A stretch of DNA of 64,000 nucleotides from NCBI GenBank assembly GCA_963666485.2, contig CAXXUO010000004.1:224001-288000 (forward strand), given 5' to 3'. A model generated the notes under the pieces. It did no database searches and was not told where the DNA came from. It saw only the letters and a list, made by a program, of their open reading frames with translations. A program made the translations under genes and the position numbers. Shown one piece after another: positions 48,836 through 59,096 of the stretch; positions within the stretch are counted from its first letter, which is position 1, and the number at the start of each line of letters is the position of its first letter. This DNA comes from Syntrophorhabdaceae bacterium (GTDB taxonomy: Bacteria > Desulfobacterota > Syntrophorhabdia > Syntrophorhabdales > Syntrophorhabdaceae).

Positions 48836-49819
48836 TTACTTTACCTGCGTCCAGGTCTTATCGGGATCGAATGCCTTCATCGCCTGCGCCGTCTTCGCCG
48901 ACTTTTTGCCGAGGTCCTTTTGATAGACAACCCCGTCCTGGTTCACGATGAAGGTCATCACTCCCGTCGACCCGTACTCGGCGGGATAGGCGACAAGCGC
49001 AAAGCCCCCGCTCATTTTGCCGTTCACGACATAATCCCGGGCGCCCCCTGACGCGTTCTTTCCCTGGGAGGTCAGTATCCTGTAGTAATACCCGTGGTAG
49101 GGGACCGGCGTGTCCTTCCCGGGCGTAAACCCTTCCTTGCGTGCCTGGGCCATGAAGATGCCCAGGGGACTTGGCACTTCATTGTCCTTCGTTTCCCAGT
49201 AAAGCCCGTTGCGCATACCCGGGTCGGACATGAATTTTTGGGCATACTCGCCTATCCCGCTTTTTGGCATCGTCATACTCACGTAATCCTTCTGAGCATC
49301 GACATATGCGAGGCAGGACTGGATCGTATCGAGCTCGTTTCTCCCGATCCTCCTGCGCAGGACCTCCGTTTTGCCCTGGTTCGTATCGAAAAGCCACGCG
49401 TTCCCTTTTTTGACAATGGGGACGGGGAAAGGCCACTCGTTATTGCCGACGTAAAGAAACGCCCTGTTGTCCGGGGAGATGTCGAGCCTGTTCTTTTCCT
49501 CGAACGCCTTCACGAAGCGCTGGTAAAGGTCTTTATTGACCGCCGGGTCTTTGGACACGACAAGGTCTTTTCCCTTCGGTCCGAAAATAGCGTCCATCTG
49601 GCTGCTGTCCTCAGCCTTTGCCGCGCCGAAGAGGGCTTGCGCGGCATCCTCAGCCGAGCCGAATGTCTTCTGTTTCACGCTCTTTGTCGCTGCCGATCCC
49701 ACCGACACGATCGCACATACCAGGAACACGGCGACAGCGCAGAAAAATACAGATCTGTGAATCCATGCTGCTTTTCTATTCATAACGCGATCCATACGTT
49801 CTCCTCCTCGTATATTCAT
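48836..49819 (-). CDS. DUF2950 family exported protein
   Basis: WPFPVPIVK, RRIGRNE, GLYW, PYHGYYYRIL, YGSTGVMTF; follows DUF3300; start probably the internal MDRV Met. Confidence 0.88.
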   Translation of the reverse strand: MNIRGGERMDRVMNRKAAWIHRSVFFCAVAVFLVCAIVSVGSAATKSVKQKTFGSAEDAAQALFGAAKAEDSSQMDAIFGPKGKDLVVSKDPAVNKDLYQRFVKAFEEKNRLDISPDNRAFLYVGNNEWPFPVPIVKKGNAWLFDTNQGKTEVLRRRIGRNELDTIQSCLAYVDAQKDYVSMTMPKSGIGEYAQKFMSDPGMRNGLYWETKDNEVPSPLGIFMAQARKEGFTPGKDTPVPYHGYYYRILTSQGKNASGGARDYVVNGKMSGGFALVAYPAEYGSTGVMTFIVNQDGVVYQKDLGKKSAKTAQAMKAFDPDKTWTQVK

Positions 49820-49834
49820 CGATATGACCGGGCA

Positions 49835-51028
49835 TTACCGCCTCCGGCCGCCGCCCCCGCCCCCGCCCCCAAGGCCGCCTGAACCGCCGCCTTGCGGACG
49901 CGTACCGGCCATGCTCTGCTGGCTCGTGCGACCGCGATCACTCGACATGCGCGTCTCACCGCCCGGCCTGTTCATGCCGTCAAATGCCTGACCGGACTGG
50001 TCCCTCTGTGCATACTGTGAAGCCTGGCCGTGCTGCTGACCTGTCTGTGACGAAGGCCTCTGTTGACCGAGCGTCTGGGTCCCCGATCCTCCCGAACCGG
50101 GCCGGTTGCCGGGCTGCTGTCCCCGGGCATCGGGCGAGTAGCCCCGGTAATCCTTTCGCGTATCAGGTCCCGGGCGTGTCTGTTGGCCGTACTTGGCAGC
50201 CGTTCCCTTGTCCTGGTACGCAACGGGCCCCCTGTGGTCCGGGTTATGCTGCCAGTTGCCATTCTGATTGACATACGCGTTGCGGTTGATCGTGTTGTTA
50301 TACGAGACGTTCTTGTTGACATTCACATTCACATCCCCGCCGTGCCAGTTGCAGTTGCCCCAGGCATATCCCCAGGCCGCCCCGACGGCTACGCCCGCCG
50401 CGAAGGAGAATGCTGCAACACCGGCCGTGTATCCGGGCGGATAATAGGAGTACGGCGGGTATGCGGGATACGGCCATGCCCCGTAAACGACAGTGGGATT
50501 ATACGTCGGGACATAGACAACCTGCGGGTCGGCGGGCTGAATGACGATGACCTGGTCCTGGACAACGACTTTCTGCTCCTTCGTCGTCTTCAGGTTTCCC
50601 TGCGCCTGTGCCTTGGCCCTCAAGCTCTGGATGGTATTCATAACATCCTTCTCCTGTGCCAGGAAAGCATTCCCCAGTTTCTGCGTCCAGTCGAGCTGGT
50701 CATTCATCATGGTGAGCACCTGGGGAAAAGTGACAAGCGACTTGACCGACGGGTCCCAGCTCTGCTTTTCGAGCGCAGAAGCAAGCTGCGATCCTTTCAG
50801 GTTCGCGTTTGACTTTGCCCACCGGGCCGCTTCCACGACCTCCAGGGGATACGTCGACGCCATGAGGATCTGTGCTACAAGATCGTCCGGGTACAGGGCG
50901 ATCGGCGCGAGGACCTGGTTGAGTTCCTCCTGTGTATAGGCCGGCTTTGACTGGGCCGACAAACTGAAAGGAACGACCAGGGACACAACAAGGATCCAAA
51001 CCAATGTGCGTGCATATAGCTTATTCAT
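49835..51028 (-). CDS. DUF3300 family exported protein
   Basis: LAPIALYPD, ASTYPLEVV, WDPSVKSL, VYVPTYNP.VVYG, Gly/Gln-rich tail. Confidence 0.92.
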   Translation of the reverse strand: MNKLYARTLVWILVVSLVVPFSLSAQSKPAYTQEELNQVLAPIALYPDDLVAQILMASTYPLEVVEAARWAKSNANLKGSQLASALEKQSWDPSVKSLVTFPQVLTMMNDQLDWTQKLGNAFLAQEKDVMNTIQSLRAKAQAQGNLKTTKEQKVVVQDQVIVIQPADPQVVYVPTYNPTVVYGAWPYPAYPPYSYYPPGYTAGVAAFSFAAGVAVGAAWGYAWGNCNWHGGDVNVNVNKNVSYNNTINRNAYVNQNGNWQHNPDHRGPVAYQDKGTAAKYGQQTRPGPDTRKDYRGYSPDARGQQPGNRPGSGGSGTQTLGQQRPSSQTGQQHGQASQYAQRDQSGQAFDGMNRPGGETRMSSDRGRTSQQSMAGTRPQGGGSGGLGGGGGGGGRRR

Positions 51029-51135
51029 CGTGCTCCTCCTGATATCTACGGAACGGCAACCACGAAAAAACTCTCCTACAAGGCCCGCTTTACCTCAACC
51101 TGATATTTGGGCCGGGCAAACCTTCAGCACACGCG

Positions 51136-51432
51136 TCAATCTTCTTCGACAATACAGGCATTCGCCCGTGTCGACGACTCGCGCAGCGGGCCAATTCTTT
51201 TATATTCTTCCGAGCCGAAGCATCTTTCGAGACCGTCCCTGTCCCTGAACCTGATCATAATGACCCGTACCGGGCACGGCCCCCCGAAAAAAGGGGATAC
51301 GCGGTTGCTCCTGACAACATATTCCCCCCCATTCTTTTCAACGATATCTTTAACGCCCGCGATATACTCCCCATACGCCGCAGCATCAATGATTTCCATT
51401 ATCTCAACCAGAAAATAAGCCCCCACAGCCAC
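51136..51432 (-). CDS. DUF1330 family protein
   Basis: AY.LVE, Y.EY......VEKNGGEYVVR, SEEY.....R. Confidence 0.8.
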   Translation of the reverse strand: MAVGAYFLVEIMEIIDAAAYGEYIAGVKDIVEKNGGEYVVRSNRVSPFFGGPCPVRVIMIRFRDRDGLERCFGSEEYKRIGPLRESSTRANACIVEED

Positions 51433-51450
51433 CCTGTTTCGTTTTTTTTC

Positions 51451-51541
51451 TTTCGCCTTTCGCCTTTCGCCTTTCGCCTTTCGCCTTTCGCCTTTCGCCT
51501 TTCGCCTTTCGCCGTTAGCCGTTAGCCGTTAGCCGTTAGCC
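51451..51541. repeat. Heptamer tandem array, 13 units
   Basis: (TTTCGCC)9 (GTTAGCC)4, starting 2 nt after the acsE stop. Confidence 0.95.
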
Positions 51542-51543
51542 GC

Positions 51544-52422
51544 TTATATTTCCAGCCACGAATCCGAGTAAAGCGTCTGTCCGATAAGCACGCGGGCCGT
51601 CTTGACGTAATCAACATATTCTTTCGAAAGCCCCGACATATCGATATCTGCCCCATCCATCACGCCGTGGACCAGGGCCTCGAGTTCAGGTTCCCGGTCG
51701 CGCGCTATGGCGATAAGCTTCTCGTCGAACGCGTCGACAATTGCCGAATAGAGCCCGTACCGTTTCAGCATGATGAGGTACGTCCTGTTCATCACCCCGC
51801 GCAGGTGCGTCGGCACACCGTTCGATACGTTGGACAGGCCGCACGTCGACCGCGCGGCAGGTGCAAGGTCGGGAAGCATCATCATGAATTCCGTGCAGCC
51901 CTGGATCTGCATCTGCTGCGTATTGACAGGAAGCACGATCGGGTCGATCCAGATATCCTCTTCCGATATGCCGTACCCGGCCGCGGCAGCCAGGATCTCG
52001 GCGGCGCACAACCCCCGTTCGTTGGCGTCCCGGGGGATCCCCTCCGCGCTCAGCGTAAGCCCGATGAAGGGAGCATTGTATTTCTTCGCCAACGGCATCA
52101 GCGCCTCTATCCTCTCGGGACGGGCGGAGATAGAATTAATGAGCGGCCGCGTCTTTGCAACCTTAAGTCCCGCCTCGATCGCTTCCACATTCGATGTATC
52201 GAGAGATAAAGGAAGATCGGTCGCGTCCTGTACGGTCGTGACAAGCCACTCCATGAAATCGGGGCCTGTCTTCCGGGCCGGCCCGATATTGAGATCGATC
52301 ATGTCCATGCCGGCCTGAGCCTGCGCCCGCGCCATGTCCTGTATAGGTCCCGCATCCCTGTTGAGGAACGCCTCGCCAAGCTTTTTTGACATAACATTCA
52401 AATTCTCGCCGATAAGGAACAT
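51544..52422 (-). CDS. acsE: Methyltetrahydrofolate:corrinoid Fe-S protein methyltransferase
   Basis: IGENLN, LSLDTSN, LINSI, IDPIVLPV, GLSNVSNG; GGAGG RBS before ATG 52422; acs operon context. Confidence 0.93.
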   Translation of the reverse strand: MFLIGENLNVMSKKLGEAFLNRDAGPIQDMARAQAQAGMDMIDLNIGPARKTGPDFMEWLVTTVQDATDLPLSLDTSNVEAIEAGLKVAKTRPLINSISARPERIEALMPLAKKYNAPFIGLTLSAEGIPRDANERGLCAAEILAAAAGYGISEEDIWIDPIVLPVNTQQMQIQGCTEFMMMLPDLAPAARSTCGLSNVSNGVPTHLRGVMNRTYLIMLKRYGLYSAIVDAFDEKLIAIARDREPELEALVHGVMDGADIDMSGLSKEYVDYVKTARVLIGQTLYSDSWLEI

Positions 52423-52438
52423 GATCCCTCCAAAAGAT

Positions 52439-52506
52439 GGTTCAAGGTTCAAAGTTCAAGGTTCGGGCTTTCCCGGCCTTGAACTTTGAACCTTGAACCT
52501 TGAACT
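52439..52506. repeat. Inverted GGTTCAA/TTGAACC heptamer arms between acsC and acsE
   Basis: Four units each side of a short GC-rich core. Confidence 0.92.
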
Positions 52507-52509
52507 TTT

Positions 52510-53850
52510 TTATGAACCCAGGTTTTTCAGATATGCCGGTATATGCGCCGCTTCTCTCGGCCCTATGAGGATCTTCCAACCTTTGAGCTCTTCCTCAAGG
52601 TCTCCAAGAATTGCGGCTGCGTATCCCGGGATGATGAGATCACGGTGCTTTATATTGTTCTCGATACCCGATTTCTTGATAAATGACCCGACAAGGTCGC
52701 CGACGAATTTCCCGGCGGCCCACGCGGTCATGACCGAGAGGCCCTCCGTGTCCATTATGGCCAGCCAGCTGGGCACACGGGAGTTCTCGATCTCACCGCT
52801 CACGATGAAATATGTGAGCGAGAAATTGCAGGTGACGAGCACGGGAGAATTTTCATCCGGGTTGTTTATAGGGTATATACCCTCCTTCGTCGTCATGGGA
52901 CGCTGCGGATCGGTGTAGATATTGAGGCGCTGGAGAAGGAGCGGGAATATCATCTCTCCGGTGATATCGCTCACAATGATTATCCCTGCATACTTGGCAA
53001 CAAAAAGGGACGCTATGACGATCTCCTTCATCGGGTCCGCCGTCATTTCGCAGGGAAACGTTATCGTGGGGAATCCGAGCGGCTTGAATTTCGCTGTCAG
53101 GGCCGCCCGCCGTATCGCCACCTGGTCAATGAAAGCATCTTTGACCTTTCGGGTCGACGTGTCTATCACGAGGTCCTTCAGGCCCATGGCGATCAATTTT
53201 TCCGTCAATGCGGCAACCTCGTCGAACCCGTTGCCTGCGACAGCGAGCGGCAGGGAATATTCTTTCGCGAGCGCGCCGAACGCCTCGTAATTGCCGGGAC
53301 GCGCCGCGTAGATGAGCGGTTTCTTGTTCTTCAGGACCTCGAGGGCTTCCTTCATCACCACGGCATCATCGCACATGACTACGACCGAACAGGGGCGGAC
53401 CGAAGCACTCTTTGCAATGGTCAGGAACCTGTCCCTGTTGCCCGTGAAGCGGATGGCGGCAATCTCGGGCTTCATCAACACCCCGACCCTCTCGTACTGG
53501 AAATACTCGAGTGCCCCAAGGCGCCTGTCGATTTCACCGTCATCCATCGTATCCGTGATCAGGACCCCGATGCCCGGCTTGTTGAAGAACGTCTTTTCAT
53601 GGCGAAACAGGACCGTCTCACCTCCGATCTTGACGGCATAGTCATCGACGCCGATCGACAACTGCCGGATGGGAGGAGCGCTTGCATCCGACAACTCGCT
53701 CCTCGCCGCGTCAGAGACATGCGGGCAGAGGTCGAGCTCTGTTTTTCCCGCAGCAAGCGCCATGGCAAAGGCAAGGCACGTCGGGAACTTGCACTCGCCG
53801 CAATTCGTCTTGGGAAGAAGCTTCAAGATCTGGATCCCGGTTAAAGCCAT
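52510..53850 (-). CDS. acsC: Corrinoid Fe-S protein large subunit
   Basis: LPKTNCGECKFPTCLAFA, GGETVLFRHEK, IYTDPQ, NFSLTYF, TAWAAGKF. Confidence 0.97.
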   Translation of the reverse strand: MALTGIQILKLLPKTNCGECKFPTCLAFAMALAAGKTELDLCPHVSDAARSELSDASAPPIRQLSIGVDDYAVKIGGETVLFRHEKTFFNKPGIGVLITDTMDDGEIDRRLGALEYFQYERVGVLMKPEIAAIRFTGNRDRFLTIAKSASVRPCSVVVMCDDAVVMKEALEVLKNKKPLIYAARPGNYEAFGALAKEYSLPLAVAGNGFDEVAALTEKLIAMGLKDLVIDTSTRKVKDAFIDQVAIRRAALTAKFKPLGFPTITFPCEMTADPMKEIVIASLFVAKYAGIIIVSDITGEMIFPLLLQRLNIYTDPQRPMTTKEGIYPINNPDENSPVLVTCNFSLTYFIVSGEIENSRVPSWLAIMDTEGLSVMTAWAAGKFVGDLVGSFIKKSGIENNIKHRDLIIPGYAAAILGDLEEELKGWKILIGPREAAHIPAYLKNLGS

Positions 53851-53866
53851 ATCATCTCCTTTGATA

Positions 53867-53940
53867 ATAGGCTATGGGCGATAGGCAATGGGCAATGGGG
53901 GGGACTTCCCTTATCGCCTATCGCCTATCGCCTATCGCCT
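53867..53940. repeat. Inverted heptamer arms (ATRGGCN / CCTATCG) between acsB and acsC
   Basis: ATAGGCT ATGGGCG ATAGGCA ATGGGCA ... (TATCGCC)4. Confidence 0.9.
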
Positions 53941-53943
53941 GCT

Positions 53944-56154
53944 TTATGACAACAAATCTTCCATCCCCAAACACGGATGCCCTTTTTCCGTTATGTACTC
54001 CAGCACTTCATCTTCTGTCTTTGCGACCGTTTCATCCGCGATCATATCGGGGAGGTCGGGATATCCCAGTTCCTCTCCGCGTTTCTTGAGCCGGTCATAT
54101 ATCTCGTCCTTGAGGCGTTTCGGCATCCATGCGATGCGTAATAATCCGCCGTCGCCGCTCAAGAATTTCTTTTGCGTGATGTTGTACTTGCTGTGGCCGA
54201 GGAATCCGGGCACCTGCGCACCGCCGCCGACCGAACCTGCGAGGCTCGTGAACTTCATGCCGCACGGTGTCATGTCGGTAAAATCCCTGTCAACGGTCAT
54301 AATGGCGTTGCACATGGGCAGGATGGCGGCTATGCACTCACAGCAGCCGCACGTCGTCATGGGGTCGACCATGAGACTGTAGAGGCTCACATTCTCCACC
54401 TTCTGACGCGACGCCTTCCGGATGTACTCGTTGCACCCGCGGAACTGGCCGTACCGCTCGTCGATGGTCGCCCCTTTCTGTATCGGCTGATTCGGCCCTT
54501 CCGGATTTATCTCGTATGCCGCGCGGCAATCGAGCCAGTTGTATGCCCCGCACAGGCCCGTCCGCTCGGGGCTTATCACGCAGACGTGGTTCGGTGCGAA
54601 CGATTGGCACAGGATGCACGAGTAGAATGTCTCGACGCTCTCGTCCGTCATGCCCTCGATACGGGCGTCCCGGTGGGCGTAGGCCGCCCGGGCTGTGTCA
54701 AGGACCTCCCGTACTTTTGACTCGTCGGTATATATCTTTACCTGGACCTTGTCGAATATCGCACCGAAATCCTGGTGGTATTTCGCATGAATGATCTTCC
54801 CTATGTCCTTGAGGGTGAATCCCTTCTCCACGGCCTGGCGCGATACCCTGATCCACGCGATATCCCTCTGCCCGATATGCATGACCCCCTGGGCCTGGTT
54901 GATCAGGTGGTGGTTCTGGCGCTCGAGGATCGGCTCGAAATCCTCCTGGAAATTCCGGCCCGCAACCTCGGCGACCATTGCAAAATGCAGCCGCGAGCCG
55001 GCGGTGATGTCGGACACATCGGGGCCGATGATCTCTATCCTCCCGTCCTCCACCTCGTCCATATTCTTCGATGTTGTCAGCTCGACCGCGATGGTCCTGC
55101 CGCCGCCCATCTCAAGGTAGATGTCCTCGCCGCGGACACGTTCCCCTTCGAATGCCGGCCCGTACGACACGGGGATGGGCACCTTTGCGACCTGGACCTT
55201 TAAGCCGCGTATCTCCACAGCCTTCTGCACGATCTGGTCGTGCGGTATGTTCGACACCACATGTTCGTACGTGCAGATGCCCGTCGGGAGCACCTGCGGT
55301 ATCGGGGTGTCCGCGATCGCGGGGAAACCCCAGTTGATGGCCCCTGCGGCATTCGCGTACCATTCATCCGTCACATCACCGAGCGCGAGAACGAAGGCAT
55401 ATGTGCGATCTTTGTTGTATATGAGATTCCGTCTAAAATCACCCGGGCGTACACCGCCAAATGCCATCGCGACACGGCAGGCAAACCCGATGGCGAACAC
55501 GGCCTGGTAGATGTCGGGGCCGAACGGGACGAGGCGCGTAGGCCAGCCTATCTGGACACCGGCCTCTATCAGCTGGTCCGAGAACCTGACGCCGTTATTC
55601 TCACCACACATGAACACATACAGGTTTTTTTCCTGCAATTCGAGCGCGATCTTTGCGGCGGTCGCCGGGTCCGGTGCGGCACCGACAATTGCCGCGAACC
55701 CGGGCGCGGTCCCGTCAACGAATTCAACGCCCCTCTTCCTGAATATGACGTCATTGGCTGCACCGAGCCATTTTTTCCCATTACCGAGTTCCTCGGCGTC
55801 AGCCGCATACCGGTCGGGTTCTTCGAGGTAGCGTACCGCCTCGATGACCTCTTCCGCGAAAAAAGTCGCCATGCCCGCATCGAGTGCCGGGGCGAGATAC
55901 GGCAGCGGCGTTATTTCCCTCACGGGAGGCGGGATAAGCCGGCCGCACAGGTCGAGGACCTTTTCCACGTCCCTGATCCGGGATACCGCGATCCCCGTCA
56001 TCGAGTATATGATCGGCAGGTAATACGCCGTATTGGGAAACCCGATCTCCTGGTCCGGCCCGTATTTTTCAAGGGCATTCTTATACGTTTGCCGTGCATC
56101 GTCAAATATTTTCCGGGCGCCGCGAATTGCGGCAGATGCAATTATTTTTGACAT
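53944..56154 (-). CDS. acsB: Acetyl-CoA synthase (bacterial full-length type)
   Basis: FPNTAYYLP, CILCQSFAPNHVC, GLCGA, MTTCGCCEC A-cluster ligands. Confidence 0.97.
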   Translation of the reverse strand: MSKIIASAAIRGARKIFDDARQTYKNALEKYGPDQEIGFPNTAYYLPIIYSMTGIAVSRIRDVEKVLDLCGRLIPPPVREITPLPYLAPALDAGMATFFAEEVIEAVRYLEEPDRYAADAEELGNGKKWLGAANDVIFRKRGVEFVDGTAPGFAAIVGAAPDPATAAKIALELQEKNLYVFMCGENNGVRFSDQLIEAGVQIGWPTRLVPFGPDIYQAVFAIGFACRVAMAFGGVRPGDFRRNLIYNKDRTYAFVLALGDVTDEWYANAAGAINWGFPAIADTPIPQVLPTGICTYEHVVSNIPHDQIVQKAVEIRGLKVQVAKVPIPVSYGPAFEGERVRGEDIYLEMGGGRTIAVELTTSKNMDEVEDGRIEIIGPDVSDITAGSRLHFAMVAEVAGRNFQEDFEPILERQNHHLINQAQGVMHIGQRDIAWIRVSRQAVEKGFTLKDIGKIIHAKYHQDFGAIFDKVQVKIYTDESKVREVLDTARAAYAHRDARIEGMTDESVETFYSCILCQSFAPNHVCVISPERTGLCGAYNWLDCRAAYEINPEGPNQPIQKGATIDERYGQFRGCNEYIRKASRQKVENVSLYSLMVDPMTTCGCCECIAAILPMCNAIMTVDRDFTDMTPCGMKFTSLAGSVGGGAQVPGFLGHSKYNITQKKFLSGDGGLLRIAWMPKRLKDEIYDRLKKRGEELGYPDLPDMIADETVAKTEDEVLEYITEKGHPCLGMEDLLS

Positions 56155-56157
56155 TCT

Positions 56158-58104
56158 TTACTCCATAGCCCTTCTCATTGCCATGTCGTACAGCACGCGA
56201 TCACGTGCTTTATCTATACCGAGCGCTTTTCGCTTCTTGTCTATATGGGCGATCATGAGATGCGCCGCTTTGATCGGGTCCGGTTCAAACGCCCACATTC
56301 CCTTGTATATGTCCTCGTATTCCTCGAACAGGTGCCGGGTCACGTTCTCGCTTCCCATCGTCGGCCACGTCGTGCCAAAAACGGTAAAGACGCCCGAGGC
56401 GACGAAATACTGACCGATGGCGAGCGCTTTTTCGCTCATCCATTCAGGGGCCGCCCCTGCGACCGGCAGGTCGGACAGGTCTTCCCCGAGACCGCCTTCC
56501 TTGACCATTGCCGTTGCCGCAATGAGTATCCGGGAATTGTCGACACAGGCACCCATGTGCAGGACCGGCGGAATGCCAATGGCTTCGCACACCTCGGCGA
56601 GCCCCGAGCCCGCGTACATCCTGGCAGCTTCAGGCGTTAAAAGCCGCGCCTTGCCGCATGCCATGGCACTGCATCCCGTTGACAGGACGAGAACATCATT
56701 CTTGATGAGCTCTGTGATCATAGCAAGATGCGCCGCGTCATGCTGCGTGCGGACATTGTTGCATCCCACGACGCCGGCCACGCCGCGTATGCGGCCGTTG
56801 GCTATGTTGTCGTTGAGAGGCCGGTAACTGGCGCGGAAAAGCCCTCCCAGGAGATAGGTGATCGTCTCGTGGCTGAAGCCGGCTATCATATCCTGTTTCT
56901 CGGCCGGGATGTGCACCGGGCCGCGCCTGCTCGGATAGTTCTCTATGGCCATCCTGAGGATGCGCTTTGCCGTCTCCAGGCCTTTTTCAGGATGGAACTC
57001 GATATGTTCCGCGCCTTCGATCATCGCGCGGTCGGATGTCGTGATCAGTTTCGTGTGGAAACATTCGGCCACGTTTGCGAGCCCCTGCATCTGGCACTGG
57101 ACATCGACGGTCATCAGTTCCACGGCGCCCGTGATAAGCGCCAATTCCTGCTGGAGGAAGTTCCCCGCGCACGGTATCCCGTGGCGCATGAGGACCTCGT
57201 TCGCACTGCAGCACATTCCCGCGAGGTTAATCCCTTTGGCGCCCGTTTTCTCGGCAAGCTCCTTGATGGCCGGATCGCGGCTCGCCACGACCAGCATCTC
57301 CGGCAGGAGCGGCTCGTGGCCGTGGACCACGATATTGACATGGTCTTCTTTCAGGACACCCAAGTTTATCGAACCGAGCACCGGGACCGGCGTGCCGAAC
57401 ATGATGTCCTGGAGCTCCGTCGATATCATCGAACCGCCCCAGCCGTCGGCGAGGGCCGCGCGCGTCGCCTGCTGAAGGATATGATGGTAGTCCTGGTCAA
57501 CACCCATGTGCGTGCGGTGCATGACCTCGACGACCTCCCGGTCAATGCCGCGGGGCATCACATTCTGTTTTCTCCACAATTCCTGCCTGGCGAGCGGCGC
57601 TTTTCCTGTGAAGATCAGCTCGCCTCCCTGCTTGCCGAACTCGCTGAGCGCCTTCTCACCGAGTTCTACTGCTATATCTTTTACTTCCCGCTTTTCGATG
57701 TCGATCCCGAAATCGAGGGCGACCTCGAAGAGCTTTATCTCGTCTTTTATCGAGAAATCCTGGGTCTCGCCCTTAGCGGCCATGAGAAACGTCCGCGCAA
57801 CCTCCCGGGCATGGTCCGAGTGGGATGCAGAGCCGGCCGCGATCTTCCGGGCGAAGTTGCGGGCAACCACCGTATCGACCGTCGCCCCGCACACACCGGC
57901 ACGCTGTTTTACGTCGCTTTTCTTTGAACGGGGCAGCCTGCACGGGCCCATCGAGCAGACCTTGCAGCAGCTTTCCTCGACACCGATCGGGCACGGCTTG
58001 AGTTCATCGGCCCGGGAGAAAACCGTGGGGATATCTTCCCGCACCGCCTTGTCGATCATCTCCGCCGACGCCCTGTCGACGCTTTTTTCCTTGCCATCGG
58101 CCAT
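56158..58104 (-). CDS. cooS: Anaerobic Ni-CO dehydrogenase catalytic subunit (CooS/AcsA)
   Basis: CPIG...CCKVCSMGPC, HGHEP, GMCCSANE, VDVQC, VGCNN, TGCS, MGACVDN. Confidence 0.97.
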   Translation of the reverse strand: MADGKEKSVDRASAEMIDKAVREDIPTVFSRADELKPCPIGVEESCCKVCSMGPCRLPRSKKSDVKQRAGVCGATVDTVVARNFARKIAAGSASHSDHAREVARTFLMAAKGETQDFSIKDEIKLFEVALDFGIDIEKREVKDIAVELGEKALSEFGKQGGELIFTGKAPLARQELWRKQNVMPRGIDREVVEVMHRTHMGVDQDYHHILQQATRAALADGWGGSMISTELQDIMFGTPVPVLGSINLGVLKEDHVNIVVHGHEPLLPEMLVVASRDPAIKELAEKTGAKGINLAGMCCSANEVLMRHGIPCAGNFLQQELALITGAVELMTVDVQCQMQGLANVAECFHTKLITTSDRAMIEGAEHIEFHPEKGLETAKRILRMAIENYPSRRGPVHIPAEKQDMIAGFSHETITYLLGGLFRASYRPLNDNIANGRIRGVAGVVGCNNVRTQHDAAHLAMITELIKNDVLVLSTGCSAMACGKARLLTPEAARMYAGSGLAEVCEAIGIPPVLHMGACVDNSRILIAATAMVKEGGLGEDLSDLPVAGAAPEWMSEKALAIGQYFVASGVFTVFGTTWPTMGSENVTRHLFEEYEDIYKGMWAFEPDPIKAAHLMIAHIDKKRKALGIDKARDRVLYDMAMRRAME

Positions 58105-58116
58105 TGATTCTCCTTC

Positions 58117-59061
58117 TTAAGAGCAGAGCTCCCCGATCATATCCTTCACAAGGGACACGCTGTCCGGGTGGCGCATGACCACGATATCCGCCCCCGCCAC
58201 GAGGAGCGTCATCGCCGTCACGGCTTCCATGAGGACCGAGCGCTTCCTCTCGTCCCCGAGCTTCGGGTCATCGTCTTTTGTCAGGCGCGTCTCCCGCGTC
58301 TTCCAGACCTCCGGCGCAAGGTTGCAGATAATGGGGAACTGGAGCTTCGCGTCTTCCTGCGTGAGTGCCGCCATCCGGTCACGCTCTATGACCGAGTATG
58401 TATATTCGAGTCCGTAACCGAGCCCTCCGGTTGTCGGGTCTATCAGAACCTTTTCCTCGCTGACGCCAAGATTGGTGAGCAGTATGTTGAGCTGTTTCGC
58501 GAGATTGACGTCTATCGGGGACGACGCCATGACGACCTGTCCGTAACCGATCGCCGTTGCACCGACCTGCTTGTAGTTTTTGTCCGACACCGGGCCGACT
58601 GCCACGTTCCTGCCTTCAGTGATCTCCGCTACCCTGCGCAGAAGTTCCGCGTCCTTATCATCGTTCGCCGTTCCCCAGACGAGCAGGGGAACATCAATCG
58701 CGTCTGAAACCTTTTTCACGACTGCGACAACATCGTCGACAGGTTTGTTCTCGCCGTTCGGGTCGGCGCTTTTCAGCTGCAGGACGATCATCCGGGCCCC
58801 GTACGTTTCAATACATTTCTTCGCCCACAGGACCGGATCGTGAATAACATCCCGGAACGGCTCGATCGCCCATTCCTGCCACTCCCCGGGGGCGCTGTCC
58901 CAGACCTCGAAGGCAACCTCAGGAGGATTCGGCATCTCGCCTTCGAAACGATAGAACGGGTAACAGCCGGCACCGCCGACCGTGACGGCCTTCGGCCCGG
59001 ACCCCACAACAACCTCCCGGATCCGCCCTGTATATTTCACCCTGGGAATTTCAAACGCCAT
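58117..59061 (-). CDS. acsD: Corrinoid Fe-S protein small subunit
   Basis: FEGEMPN.P, SPIDVNLAKQLN, LGYGLEYTYS, VMRHP. Confidence 0.96.
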   Translation of the reverse strand: MAFEIPRVKYTGRIREVVVGSGPKAVTVGGAGCYPFYRFEGEMPNPPEVAFEVWDSAPGEWQEWAIEPFRDVIHDPVLWAKKCIETYGARMIVLQLKSADPNGENKPVDDVVAVVKKVSDAIDVPLLVWGTANDDKDAELLRRVAEITEGRNVAVGPVSDKNYKQVGATAIGYGQVVMASSPIDVNLAKQLNILLTNLGVSEEKVLIDPTTGGLGYGLEYTYSVIERDRMAALTQEDAKLQFPIICNLAPEVWKTRETRLTKDDDPKLGDERKRSVLMEAVTAMTLLVAGADIVVMRHPDSVSLVKDMIGELCS

Positions 59062-59096
59062 CTTTTCCTCCCCTTTCCCGGAACTTTACGTGCCTG

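Noticed and set aside
56728..57927. Long opposite-strand ORFs (also 4541-5524, 14726-15700, 27303-28286, 45789-46817, 61367-62332)
   Set aside because: They are antisense shadows of well-supported genes in GC-rich DNA, with no recognisable motifs.
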